NCBI GenBank assembly: GCA_001938485.1
Contig: MQRK01230469.1
Span: 1 to 64,000 of the forward strand
From: Girardia tigrina
Lineage: Eukaryota
Direction: 5' to 3'
Length of the DNA stretch: 64,000 nt
Both the position numbers and the translations under genes were made by a program. Positions 10,687 through 24,801 of this stretch are shown piece after piece; position 1 is the first letter of the stretch; each line of letters opens with the position of its first letter. A model generated the notes under the pieces. That model was not told where the DNA came from. It saw nothing but the letters and a program-made list of their open reading frames with translations, and did not search any database.

Positions 10687-12603
10687 TATACATTGAAATA
10701 TATATACATGGGTAAAGTAAGGCCGCCTCATGCTTACAAATTTATAATGTAATAAATACAAATTTATTACTTTCGGTGTTTATTTTTAATTTTATTAAAA
10801 CAATTTATAGTTGTTGATGATGGTGTATGTAACATAGAAAGATGTACAATGAATATATTTAGAAACAAGCTTTTAGCAAATTATATTGAAACAATATCAA
10901 ATTAACATTCACAAGGTTCAATATGATTACAAAAAATGTGCATAATAAAATTTTATAAGCTATAATTTTGTAAAATGAAAATCATTAAAATTCAATATAT
11001 AATCATTCTATGTTATTACTCATACGGTAGGTAACAACTCAAATTCTTAAGTTTCAAGATTGTATTTGAATAATTTCATATTCTCTTGAAAACAACTGTG
11101 TTGTAAATACAATTATTTTGTGTAGGTGCCTTAAACTATAACAGAGTTCACCAGTCCACAAAATATAAGAAAAACAAAAAAATAAAATAAAATCTGTTTT
11201 TAGAGACACAAAGAAAGAATGTGTTTAAATCATTTGCAAAAGTTCCGTTACGATCTGTGAGGAAATGTTGTAGAATAAAATCAATTTACTAACAGACAAA
11301 AAATATATAAATAATTTTATATTATAAGACGAAAAATAATGAAATATTTTCCTCATTAATGATTTGTTATTATTTCTATCATTTCAAAATTACAAATCGA
11401 TTTAATATTAATCATACAATTTTCGTTAAACTATTTTTAATTTAAAATTATATAAAAATTGAATGTCATTGTAAATTACACTATTTTATAAATTTGAAAT
11501 AGAAATCATTAGCAAACGATATATGTATAACAAAGCAATTATTTGTTGTATGAGCAAATCAATGAACACGCAATCAGTGTTGCATTGACAGACCATATGA
11601 ATCATTTCCAGGGGAAGAAAATTTCCTTTCAACCAATCAAAACACTACACACAAAGCCAGTTTCTTGAGTAATAAGCAAAGAGAATAGTGTGTGTTACGA
11701 CGTTGTCATAGATTCGTCCCGCTACTGATCGTGTTTATTTGTCTCTCTCTCTATGAGATATGCACTTTTAAAAATGACGTTTTGCGTCCCTATAGAAATA
11801 AGTTCAATTCAGGTCATCGTGAGGTGAATGATAAAAAGTATTATATTCAAAGAATTTTGCAAACTAATTTTATTATCAGTTGGATAATTGCGTCAAATAA
11901 TTCAATTGAGGTACTTTCGATAATATTTTATTAACCTAGATTAAAATAACTAAAAAAATTTGAATTTAAACGAAAATTAGAGAAATATTTTTTTATTATT
12001 TTGTGAATTTGATCAATAGAAATATTTAATGTTGTCTGCTCATTTTACTGTGTTAAAGTTTGATTTGGAAAAGTGTTATGTTTATTATTTCATCGTCAAA
12101 GTTTTTTATAAAAAGCGTTAATTTGAATGGGAGTATATATCAAATTAAGGCAATCTTTATATATTGATGGAAACGAAGATCGAAAGAAGATGAATTTCGT
12201 AAAATTAATAATTATCCACTCGTATCAATGGAGAAATATCGAATAAGCAAGTTGCGACGAATTCATTTTTTTATAAATATTATTATATTATCTTTGAGAA
12301 ATTAGTAAATCGTATATTGTACTTGTTTTTACTATTCTGTTGACTTTTTTATCGGTATCCCTTTAGTCAACATTTGATTATCTTTCACTCAATGTTACTG
12401 TCATTTCTAGTAAATGGATGATCCCTCATCTCGTTTTACTTAAAACAAGTTTCAATTCTGGAATTTGGAATACAAGTTTAATAGGATATTCGACAAAGTT
12501 TCACTTAATTTTATATATTTATACTTAAAAATAAAAAGAAAAACAATTTTCCATTAAATTTAAATTTATTAAACAGACCTCTTTCATCATGATGGCATTT
12601 TAA

Positions 12604-12898
12604 TCCTTTCACTACTATACAAATTTATACCCGCTAAAAAAATCGTATCTCAAACGCTCTGGACGTTTATTTTCGCATCATATTTTAAATAAGGTTCCTT
12701 CTCAACACGTCTTTTTTCATTACGTATTACGAAGGTGTGTGGGCAAACGAACATGTTGCGACTTGCATATTTGATTTTAAAAATAATATTTTTCTTCCGT
12801 AATTACGTAAAACTGCTCTACTCGAATAAACACGCAACCACTAAAATATACTCGCACAGCAGACACAAAATCTCAGAAACTATTGCGCAGTGAAAGGG
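12604..12898. mobile_element. piggyBac-type non-autonomous element (MITE)
   Basis: TTAA on both sides; TIR TCCTTTCACTAC / GCAGTGAAAGGG. Confidence 0.7.
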
Positions 12899-12949
12899 TT
12901 AAGTGCATTTTAATACAATTATCATTACAGTTACAAAACTATACTTTAG

Positions 12950-13554
12950 GTGTTTGCTGAAATTTGAATTGTGATTCTCCCACCCAGCTGGAGAATTGGT
13001 ACTTCATAGTATTTGCGAACAGTGATCATTCGAACAGAATTGACATTTTTAAAATTAATGAAAATGTAATAATCTGATAACATTTAAATTTATGAAGTAA
13101 TAATGTCGGGTAATTTCTAATATAGGTAATATTTTTCAAAAATTAAAATGAACATGTTTCATGTTTTAATTAAAAACATTTTGGGGGGTTTGAATAATTT
13201 TTAAATTAGTTTATAATTTTATGAAATATTTTAAAGTTCAAATAATAATAGATGTTTAGGATAGTTGTTCGAATAATCATTAATAACAATTCAGAAATAA
13301 CACTAATTAGAATGATGACAAAAGATGAAAGAACTTCCGAGAATTATGAGGACTCGAAATGTGATTTTAATGAATGTTTGCATAGTAATTGTGTCGGTGC
13401 TCTTAGCCATACAAATTAAAATTTTATCAGATTAGTAATTTTTCATTATTTTTAAATATGCAAATTCTGTTCGAATGATCAGTTATCGCAAATGCAATAA
13501 TGCACAAATTTTCCAATTGGGTGGGAGAATCATAATTCCAATTTCAGCAAACTC
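12950..13554. mobile_element. MITE with ~140-bp imperfect TIRs (Mutator-like)
   Basis: GTTTGCTGAAATTTGAATTGTGATTCTCCCACCCA... is inverted at ...TGGGTGGGAGAATCATAATTCCAATTTCAGCAAAC; TSD not resolved. Confidence 0.7.
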
Positions 13555-14736
13555 AAATAAAGACATCACATCCATACAAAATTTAAAATATTCATCGCAA
13601 TGATTATCACTTCGTCTAACTTGACATTTGTGATTTTGAAACTAAAATCGATATGCCTACTCGATTGAGTATGTTCAGTAATTCTAGTGCGAAGATGACG
13701 ACTTTTATCTTCAATTGGAAAAATGGTAAAATACCCTTACTTTTAGATAACTAAACCTTTATATGGATAGAAGTTTTAAGAATTGTCAGATTTTGTTTTT
13801 TTACTGTTCTTTTATGTTATTGATAAAGTGAAAAATCTCTAAGAGTTTAACACATTTCGGTGTATACAAATACTACAATTTTTAGCATATTATTTATAGT
13901 ATTTTCACCAATGAGGTCAAATCATACTGTATAATTTAGGTTTACATTTATTTTTATTTACATTTTTTTTATTTTAGATTTACATTTATTTTCTAAGCTA
14001 ATCAACTCAATTTTACTGAAAAGTAGTTTACCTCTGGAAATGACTTTTCAATATTTTAATGGTCATTCGATTTATAATTTCAAATCAGAAACCCTGGTTA
14101 AAGCAGTTTTATTTAAAAATATAATACTAAAAATTATATCATTACAATTATAATTGCCTTAAAATTCTTTATATTTTACTTTACGAAAAATGTTAAGCAA
14201 TGCCTTTAGTTTCACAAAAGTAAATGAAAAAGTAATTGAATTTAATTATTTCAAACTTCTGTTTTAAGATGTGAAAAGAATTATTTTAATAAAATGGCAC
14301 TTAATATTAATTTTATTTCAATTCTTGATTTTAAAATTTTATATGAATAATTTATTATTCGCTTTTTTTCTTTGAATTATATTTTAAAATTGAAGTACAT
14401 ATAATATATGTGTACTCATACCTTCTTTTTCGTTTGAATTAAATTAAATAGGAAAATGTAATTAATATTAAAAATAGTTTTCGTGAAAATTGGTTAATAA
14501 GTGTGAAGATTTGATAGTAGGTACTATCTTTAAGTTTATCATGTTTTTTTTGCTACTTTGCACTGTTACTACATTTGCATTGATCATTTTCCCATTTCTG
14601 AAGAAAATTTTATTAACAATTAATTAAAATATTTTGAAATATGTAAAATTAAATGTCTCATTTATGTTTTTGCAAATATTTAACGAGTTGTTTAAGTTTT
14701 TTAAAATCTGATATTTGATCTTTAGAAAATATAATA

Positions 14737-15739
14737 TTAGGTTGGTCGAAAAATAATGGCGGTTTTGGAGCTTTATACATTGTTTATCTACTTTGATATG
14801 TATATAAGTTTAAATGCATTAGTGTTAGATATTATTTGAAATCTTATGCCTAGCTGTATATTCCTATATCCATTATTAACATATTGCTGTTATTTTTTAG
14901 AATATTTACGGTGCTAAATTAATAATGGAAAAAAATAAAATTCGAGCAATTTTCTTGTACGAATTTAAACTGGGTCGTAAAGCAGCAAAAACGACTCTCA
15001 ATATCAATAAAGCGTTTGGCAAGTGAACAGCTTCTGAGCGCACAGTGCAACGATGGTTCCGAAAATTTTCTGATGGAGATGAAAACCTTGAAGATGAAGA
15101 AGGTCGTGGTCGTCCAGNNNNNNNNNNNNNNNNNNNNNNNNNNNNNNNNNNNNNNNNNNNNNNNNNNNNNNNNNNNNNNNNNNNNNNNNNNNNNNNNNNN
15201 NNNNNNNNNNNNNNNNNNNNNNNNNNNNNNNNNNNNNNNNNNNNNNNNNNNNNNNNNNNNNNNNNNNNNNNNNNNNNNNNNNNNNNNNNNNNNNNNNNNN
15301 NNNNNNNNNNNNNNNNNNNNNNNNNNNNNNNNNNNNNNNNNNNNNNNNNNNNNNNNNNNNNNNNNNNNNNNNNNNNNNNNNNNNNNNNNNNNNNNNNNNN
15401 NNNNNNNNNNNNNNNNNNNNNNNNNNNNNNNNNNNNNNNNNNNNNNNNNNNNNNNNNNNNNNNNNNNNNNNNNNNNNNNNNNNNNNNNNNNNNNNNNNNN
15501 NNNNNNNNNNNNNNNNNNNNNNNNNNNNNNNNNNNNNNNNNNNNNNNNNNNNNNNNNNNNNNNNNNNNNNNNNNNNNNNNNNNNNNNNNNNNNNNNNNNN
15601 NNNNNNNNNNNNNNNNNNNNNNGGCAAAAATGTATTGATGCCAACGGTTCATACTTTGATTAATAAACTTTGTTTCTGTGAATTTGCACGTCTTTGAAGT
15701 TTGTGTCCCAAAACCGCCATTATTTTTCGACCAACCTAA
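14737..15739 (+). mobile_element. mariner (cecropia/Hsmar1-like), spans an assembly gap
   Basis: TIRs TTAGGTTGGTCGAAAAATAATGGCGGTTTTGG at both ends, TA TSD; transposase start MEKNKIRAIFLYEFKLG at 14925 with a premature TGA; C-terminus QKCIDANGSYFD. Confidence 0.93.
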
Positions 15740-17527
15740 TAATATTTTATTTTGAGTACCAAATTACTATGTAATCATTGATCATAATAATTATGTAAAT
15801 TGAAATTTTTTAATCAAATTTTAAAAGTGCTCATATAAGTAATAAAAGAATGAAAAGAAAAGAAGAATAATTATTTCACTTAACACTTAGTAAATCTTTA
15901 ATTTAATGGGTGGATAACAATCGGAATATTTGTTTAGAAGGATGAGTGATTAAGTTTCTGATAATCTAGGTTGATTCTAAATAGTTGAATCATTACAATC
16001 TATTCAAAAAATAATGTGTAATATTTAATTTTTGGAAAAATTAATGTTTAATACAGAAGTAAATGTATCAATTATGCAAATGATCAAAATAAAAAATGTC
16101 TAACGGGTTACTTGTGTTCTATTTTTTAGTTTTTTTCATGATTCACGATAAAATATATTTAGAATGTTTACTAAAATTAACAAAAATATTTTATATAGCG
16201 AAATAAGTATCGATTCACGAACGACATGCACGGGGAATATTTTCAGTTTGTTTTTTTATCTCAATGCATGGATCACAAATAAACCCTTAAAATATCGATA
16301 AAACATACAGTAATCGATTAACTCAAAGGAAAAAACAAGGAATATGAGAATAATAATGAGAGCTTTTTTCAATTCAACATTTTAATTTAGACTGTCTACG
16401 AACATGTTGATATATTTATCACTAATATATAATTAAATATTATAATGTATTATTAATGTATTATTATTAATGTATTGTGAAATTGAATTTTTATTTAGAA
16501 AACATTAAGTTTCTTTTAATATCAAACAATCAAATGTTGGTTTTTGTAAAACATTTTGTGTCCCAATATTTATGATTCTTTAGATTCCTTCTTATTTGAT
16601 CCACAGGTGTTTTACTAACTTGAGTTTTACTAATTACTAACATCATTTTTCATTCACAGTATATTTAAGTATTTTAACATGTTCGTACCAGATATGTATG
16701 TATAAAACTTCACCACAGCATGTGGTCCACATGCAAACTCAAATTTTTTTCATTAAATTATTATAAATTGCCAAAACAGTTATTTTATACACATTAATGT
16801 ACATATTATTTATATTTTGAACATTAACAACACATTTTTGTCCCGCGTCAGTGTGGGATCGTCACTGACGATAAAATTTACGTTCATCTGCCGTACATCG
16901 AGCTTGTTTGTGATTCACTTATTGTGAGATAAGGAATAAATATGAAAAGTAAAAAAAATAATAACAATTCTATATTGGCGAAATATTACTTTTATCGAAT
17001 TCTGAAAACTAAGATTCATGGAATGAAATAATACAAGAATATGTTTCAGTGAACTCTTAACAACTAATATGGATAAATAAAAATATAAATAAATTTTAAC
17101 TAAACTATATTTTATAAAAGGGTAAATAACTAATATATATGAATAATATATAAAGTTTGGCAATATAATTGTTAGATGGAACTCGAGAGAAATTCTTGGG
17201 TTAAGAATTGGTTGGGGGTTTTGTGGAATTTGTATTGTAGAAATTGAGAACGACCAATGGTAGTGGATGGAAATGAGATATCTGAAGCTGTTGTTGTTAA
17301 ATTGTCTCACATTTATATCACAAGAAATGTATTAAAATCTATTGTTGATAGTTGTATAATTCCATGGTAAACTTCTTTTGGAAAGTGAGATAAATGTGAA
17401 AGTTGATTAACCGACACAAAGAAATACAAATTAAAATGTTTCCAAATAGAATTTATGAATTTAATATTTTATCGATCCATATTATCTATATATAATTTAT
17501 ATACATAATTTATTATTAATAAATATA

Positions 17528-17930
17528 CAGTGGAACCTCGCATAGCGAGCATAATTCGTTTCAGAGTGTTACTCGTTAAGCGAAATAATATTAACAATAT
17601 AAATTAGTATAAAATAAGATAATGCTTTCCATACAGAAAAAATAATCAAAGGAATTTTTATTTAATGAAAAATACATTTGAATTATTAAGGACCGTTATT
17701 CAACTTCATCTTTCTTCTATTATTATTATTAACATACCTACTTCTTTTTTACTAGAAAACTATCTAGAGACATTTGCTTTTGCCGAGGCTTTAAAATTTG
17801 GTAAAAATGCGACACTGCATTATCATTTAATAGATTTGTAGCTCTCATAGTCACTTCCATATTAGGGTGATACTTCTCAATGTATGATGCAACAGTTTCC
17901 CATGCTTTCAGCATTTCTCTTATTTCGGAA
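17528..17930 (-). mobile_element. pogo/Tigger remnant
   Basis: TA|CAGTGGAACCTCG end; minus-strand translation IREMLKAWETVASYIEKYHPN...QKQMSLD resembles a Tigger transposase C-terminus. Confidence 0.65.
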
Positions 17931-18007
17931 TATTCGGAAACATATATATATATATATNNNNNNNNNNNNNNNNNNNNNNNNNNNNNNNNNNNNNNNNNNN
18001 NNNNNNN

Positions 18008-18038
<31 letters not shown>

Positions 18039-18040
<2 letters not shown>

Positions 18041-19350
18041 TAAATTTTATACATACATAGGGAATTTAAGTGAGGGATTAAAAGTAACAAAAAGTATATC
18101 TTAATGTATCATAAGTGGCGACATTTAATTTTTAGTGAACTAAATGTCGCCAATTATAGATATACTTTATGTAACTTTTAATCCCTCCCTTAAATCCCCT
18201 ATGTATGGAATTCAATCCCGGTCTTTTTTTTAAATCTCGGGATCCCGGACTTCCGGGATTGATATATATTAAATTAAATTATTTAAAGAAAAACTTTGTT
18301 CCACAAATTATAAAAAATATATATAAAAAATATTCACAAAATTGATATACTCAGAGAAAGCTCGCTTTGCATCAATAGTTTTATGTGGAATGGTCATTAA
18401 GGCTTTATATATAGATTCCAGTATTTTCCCACGCTGACCAGTCGATTGATGAAAATCCATTTCTTTTTTGATAGCGACTTTTACATTGTTAACGGCTGGA
18501 GAATTCGAAAAATGATGACACTTTTTCAGCACATCCGTCAGCCTTTCAGCGATAGTGAGAACCATTGGAGGTACTTTATCCGCAATTCTAAAATCATCCG
18601 TCCCAGGCACCAGTTGAAGTTTCTCAGTCAATGTGGTCAGAATTTCTATGATTGGTGGGAGATCAGCATTGTTTGAATTTTGTAATTCCTGTTGAGACAA
18701 GACATAAATCGTTGACATCAGGACGCTTTCTCGGTCTGAGATTCTTTTACAATGCATTTACTATGGCAATCGCCATGTTATTCTTCTGCTTGTGGAGCTT
18801 CTCAATATAAAAGTTCACACAAGCAATGACCATACAACTTTTAAATGCACTATCTCAAAGAATAACAAATTGTATTTCATTTTCGTAAATTGTATTTCAA
18901 AAAATAATAAAATAAAATAAAAGCAATTGTATTTTAAAGAATAAAAATTGTATTTCATTTTAAAATTATGATTCACTGTATTATACTGTAGAAAACGTAA
19001 ATATGTTAACCAAGGTGAAAATTCAATGGGAAGAGATATTTCAAAGTTTGAAATTCAAATACCATGTTTTATGCAAACAAACATGTACACCATTTTCAAT
19101 TGAATTAAAGGAAAAAATGTAATGTCTTCGTTGTAATTCTTTGTCATTGACAGAAAATTTTTAATTGTCGACACAAAGAAAACTCATAAACACAAAAAAT
19201 ACATAAATGTTAAAAAAACAAAAAAAAGAAAATCATAACTGAATCCCGGGATCCCGAGAGTCTAATCCCGGGATTACAATCCCGGTTATATATCCGGAAT
19301 TCCAGGATCCCGGGATTGAATTCTTTACCCCTATGTATGCATGAAATTTA

Positions 19351-19352
<2 letters not shown>
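18039..19352. mobile_element. Foldback MITE inserted in (TA)n, interrupted by a hAT element
   Basis: Near-palindromic CATAAATTT...AAATTTATG once the insert is removed; flanked by TA repeats. Confidence 0.7.
18204..19327 (-). mobile_element. Internally deleted hAT element
   Basis: TIR ..GAATTCAATCCCGG, 8-bp TSD CCCCTATG (18196-18203 / 19328-19335), subterminal ATCCCGGGA repeats, ORF 18308-18757 ending ALMTIPHKTIDAKRAFS (decayed hAT dimerization motif). Confidence 0.88.
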
Positions 19353-19388
<36 letters not shown>

Positions 19389-22300
19389 AGGATACTTATT
19401 TTTAGTTCTTTGTTTTCATATATATATTCTTAACACCTATGGTCATTCCCAGTGTGGTCAAAGCACCTAGAACCGTTTACGATTGTAGTAATGATAACGA
19501 TGATTTTGATCATGATATATTGGTGTCAAGAAAAAAAACTAAATTCATTTAACTATGCTTTACATAGTGACTTTAGATTGTTTAAATACTGAAAGACCTG
19601 TTTTGCTTTTGAGGAGATAGACGACTCCTAATCTGAAGGTTGATTAAAAATAATAAACGAAAATAGATTTTTAATTTTATTAGAATTCCATTTATCTTTT
19701 GATGTTAGAAATTTTTTTATTACTGATTTTGGTTTAATAATAAAATTCTAATTCAAATATTATAACTTTATTTCTGTAGTTAAGCATTTAGCTGTTTATG
19801 CTGTGTAAACGGGGTAGGATTAGAAGGACTGGCAATATGATATAAATTCTGCCTATACACTGGGTTTGGTATTTGAATTTTTTATTTAAGTTTACTTTAA
19901 TAGTAGAATTGTATTATTTGTTTTTCTTAACAATTTTAAAATTGATTTCAAGGTGAAATAGTTCGTCAGTTTTTGACTCTTCATTAAAAAACATTAGTCA
20001 ATCAAGGGACAAAATAAAATAAACATATATGATAGATATCATTTAAACATAGGTTAATTATAATTTGTAATTATTATAAGTCGGATTTAATTAAATAAGT
20101 GAGTTTAAAAGTAATTAAAATGTAATTCGTATGCTTTGAAACTTCAAATAAATGTTGATATTAATTAATATTTTAAAGAATGATTAAATTTTAAATGAAT
20201 GTATTAATTTACTTTAATCAAAAATAAAAAATAGTTGCAATTTAGTTTGAAAAACATTAAGACGCCATTTATAAAAAAACATTTTAAATACAATTAATTT
20301 CGACGGTGTTACCCTCATTGCCAGGAAATCAAAAAATAAGAATTCAAAATCTGCCTATACAAGTAGTGGTGATGTAATCCATGAATCATTGTGTCATCTA
20401 AACACACCCAATAAGGTTTCCGAGAGACCCGTTTGCACATTAATATTATGATTAAAGATCTTATGCATATAATGTTTCGCAAGACACTTTCTCCCAGTAA
20501 TTATTAAAATAAGCACACAGAATTTAAAAATTATTTATGTTTACATTTGCGTTCGAATTGAAAAACTTTTTGTCTTCTACGATATGACTAACACCCATAT
20601 TACGTTCAAGTTATTAGATTCTCCTACACAGATGACGAGACACCTTTCTAATGGATGTGACATTACACCAAAAACATGTAAATTGATATACATGATCCGA
20701 ACATAACCCAAATGGGATTAAAAATTTATTACAAAATACTGACAGAACACCCAATAATATAGTTCCATTAATACATGATTTTTATAAAGTGATTTAAAAT
20801 CATTAGTGTTATTTAGGGTTTTACTACAATTACAGTATTTAATTATGAAGGACAAGAACATAAAATGGTCAATAGTTCTGTTTCATATTTCTTATTATTG
20901 GTCATTTTAATTTCAACTTCAAAGATTAATAGAAGAAACAAACGAAAAATAAAAACCGAATTATTTTTCAAAATATGTGCAAGGAATAATAATATTCTCG
21001 AATATTATTAATAGTGTGACTATGCTAATGTACTACACATTTGAATTGAGTGCACATATTTTCATCTCAAGTGGCACTCCACTCATCATTTGCATTACTA
21101 TTTTTGGTTGCTTTATTTTATTAATTTTTGAGAAAGATTATTTTTAACTGAGGAAATAAATCCGATGTTCAGAAGTCTGTTTCGGTACAGAAATAAATTA
21201 AACTTCTTGCGATTACTTTCTTTCAATAATCATGCAATCTGATAAACTTTTGCGTTACAGAAATATAGAATGTTATTTAATTTTCATATATTTAAATATA
21301 TTCAAATTGTATTTATAACACTAAAATTTTAAATCTGAATTGATAAAAAAATGTTATTTCGTAAAAATCTAAAAATAGCCTCTTGTTAAATTTGTCTTTT
21401 ATTCAGATTTTGAAATCTCAATCGAAAATTTTCGAACTCCTTTCATTTAAATATACGTTCATTACAAAGAACAAATTCATTCAAGTAATTTTCTTTTTCA
21501 TAAAATTATAACGCAAATTTTTTGACGTAAATTAGTGATGAATATCTAGCCGGTCAGATGTAGGTTGGAAAAAAAACATCACCGGGTAGACATTCATTCT
21601 CTGAATTTATTGTAAATCAACAAAAATATAAATAAATTATTCACTTATATATGTATAACATGAATTTCGTATTGATTTAATAAATTTTATTTATGTATTG
21701 ATTTTCAGTAAATGTTGAATAAGCTGTTCAAGTAATGAATCATTGTCATTGCAGAAGTGAGAGGACAAACGCAACTGCTGTTTACACACATACACACTTA
21801 CATACATTCATATTCTCTCTCATTTGTAATTTGGGCTGCAAGTGATGTTTTACTTGTGATGTTTGTTTGTGAATTTGTGAGCGTGCGTGCGTGTGAGTTA
21901 GTGTGTTCAGCATTGGCTCATTGCAGATTATAAGATTTGGCCAATGCCTTTTGTACTTTAAACTGAAAACAAGTTGCGATAAGTTCACATAAGGTCATTG
22001 TGAGGTGAAAGTAAAATATAATATTAGATTCTACATTTATTTCAAATGGATTTTCCAATGCTAGTGTATAGTAAGATTAGTTGCAATTTCATTATGCTTT
22101 CATAAATGCACAATTTTCTATTATTATTTTTATATTATTTTATCACCACAGTTTTTTGATGTATGCTACTTGGTTTTGTTGTTTGGAAATATTACATCAC
22201 CGGGTAGACATTCATTATATAACTGGTGGGTTATCGTCAATTACTTCCTATTTTGTTTGACTGTTCTTATATATACTTATTCATATTGTATTGTTTGAAG

Positions 22301-24531
22301 GTTTTTGATTCTTATTTCGATTTTTGAAAGTATTTTTCTTGTGATTACCGTTTTAAAATAGTATTTGATCTTAATCGATATATTTTAAAATTAGAAAATG
22401 ACAACATTTCTAATTTAACGAAGATGATTATTTTATCACTCTCATAGTAAATTTTATTGTTAAATTTTGAACGAGAATCAGATTATCGTTTTAAAAAGAT
22501 TGTTTTCAGTTGATGTATGTCTTGTTTGAATGATCATTTTATTAACCCGAGGATTGTGGACTAATATAGTATGTATGCATATTTCTATTAATATCCGAAA
22601 TCATTGAGTCATCGCTCGCTGTCAGAGTTTGAAGAGAATCAATACTCGATACTTTAATGAGTTAATATCGATGATGCGCTTTAATTAATGTTAATCGATT
22701 GTAGAATCGTGCAAAAGTGGAGGGATTGTTGATGATGGTGATGTCTTTTGATTCTCGATAATTCTGAAAGAAAATCAGATATTTTTAATAGCATTTAATA
22801 AATTAATTAATCGAATTGTTAATTTAATATTTTTTAATTCCCAAAATAAATTCGGGACTATTTGTTATGCTGAAAATAAAAATAACAATTCATATTGTTG
22901 ATTAAAAGTGTTCAACAATGTCAAATGTAAATTATATTTCATTGAATGTTTTATTTCATATTGTTTATTTTAATACTAGCTTCGTGAAAAAAAATTGTAT
23001 TTTCGTTAAGTTTTAACTTGAATGTGAATAATACGAACTGATTTGTTGATATAATATCGCTAGGTTTGTCAACCAACGGAATGTTAGTATAGTGAATTAC
23101 AATGATTTTAACTTAACTGAATGTATTCAACAAACTTTGATCAGATCTGCTTGAAAATTGTCACTTCAGATTTTAAGAAATTTATCACTTGAATAACATG
23201 ATGACCGAATTGACTTAACGAATATTTTACATAAATTATGAGGAATAAACCATATTGTATGAACTCAAAGAAAGAAAAATCAAAACTCCATTAATGTGAT
23301 ATGTGAAGCCTAAATTTATAAAATAATGTCACATTAATTTAAGGAATAAAATATCAGTAGTTGCCATTCCGAATGCGATCAACAATTTCAAATTGAATTC
23401 AGGTTTACTTAAATTTAAATGTGATGAAAATGTTTTCTTCTACAACTTTTCCATTATGTAAAAAAATTAAAACTATATAGAAAATGTGGTTTCATGATAA
23501 TTTTGATATAATTACTCTATTATGTGTTCTTAATCTGTCCAATCGAAGAACTTTTAGTATTTGAAAATCTCTGTGTAATGATCAAAGATATTTGAGGAAT
23601 AATATATATATATATATATATATATTGAGATTGTTGTCAGTTAGAGAATTCTTTATTTAGAATCATTAAATTAACAGTAAAAGTTTCACAATCTTTATTT
23701 ATTTTTATTTTTTTAAAAATTTTAATGTAATATTATATACTGTAGTCGTTCGAAATTGAATTACATCAACATTTTATTCTCAAAATAATAAGTGAGCAGT
23801 TTTTATTGTGAAGAAACAATTCAATCTGTTAAATATTAGATAAAATAGCAGTATTTTAAAATCAAACTTTTATTGGAAAACATTTTATTCATTTTTAATA
23901 GCATCGACAGCTGATAAATTGTCAGTAATGAATTTTTAAATACATAGATAGTTTTTTTAATACTTAGTTAGGAAAGCCATGGCGCAATTTTTCAATATAA
24001 TTGTTTGTCTAAGGAAATCCTTCAAATTATCCCCCCTGACCAGTCCACATATTGATTTCTTAAATGGAAGATCTTTGCGCATATAGTCGATTAGGTCTTC
24101 CAAGTAATATTACTGCCATTCAATATGTCAAATGCTTGTAAGATTAATTATCTTTTCTGCACAATCCGCTTCTTGTTCGTTTTGTTCCTTTATTCCACTT
24201 GCTTGTATTTTTCTATATATATTTCGAGACAAGTGGAAAATAACCTCTATATTATTCATCCGTGAATTCTGTAGTAATAGCATTAACTTTTTTTATATAT
24301 TTCCTTGTCTTAAAAGTTCTTTTATTTCCTATCAATAAACGAATGTAGGAATTATTTTTGTATCAAAGAGAAGTACATAGACTACCAGACTAGGTATTAA
24401 ATTTTTTAACCATGAAACATCTATAACTTCCAAAATAGATGACTAAAATGTACCATCCTCATTCCAGGGATTTGTTTGTGTAACTTCCTTTGGAAGAATG
24501 TACACAATCATCACGTGAATATGGGATCCTA

Positions 24532-24801
24532 TGTAAGAAGCAGTTCACCTCTTAATGCTATTTTATCATTATTGATAATAACTGTCTCTACTTTTTATTG
24601 CAAAGAAGCATTAAGACTCTTAAGTTCTTATGTTTTCAGTGACCCACATTTAACTTAAGATCATTTGAAGCAAATACATGATTTTTGCCTGTTTTATAAT
24701 ATATATTTCATATATAAATAAATGTTTAAATATAAGACGCATTTCCAAATCAACATACACATTCAAGCACAAAACATCAAATATTCAACATATTCCTCAC
24801 A
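24532..24801 (-). repeat. Short LTR related to the one at 28028, in opposite orientation
   Basis: Minus strand begins TGTGAGGAATATGTTGAATATTTGATGTTTTG and ends CTTCTTACA; no matching TSD. Confidence 0.55.

Noticed and set aside
14906-15663. Long ORFs across N runs (also 17880, 30787, 56803)
   Set aside because: Artefacts of assembly gaps
16915-17310. 131-aa Ile/Phe/Tyr-rich ORF and similar short ORFs (11692, 34196, 46274, 53937, 63693)
   Set aside because: Composition expected from chance ORFs in AT-rich DNA; no motifs or exon context
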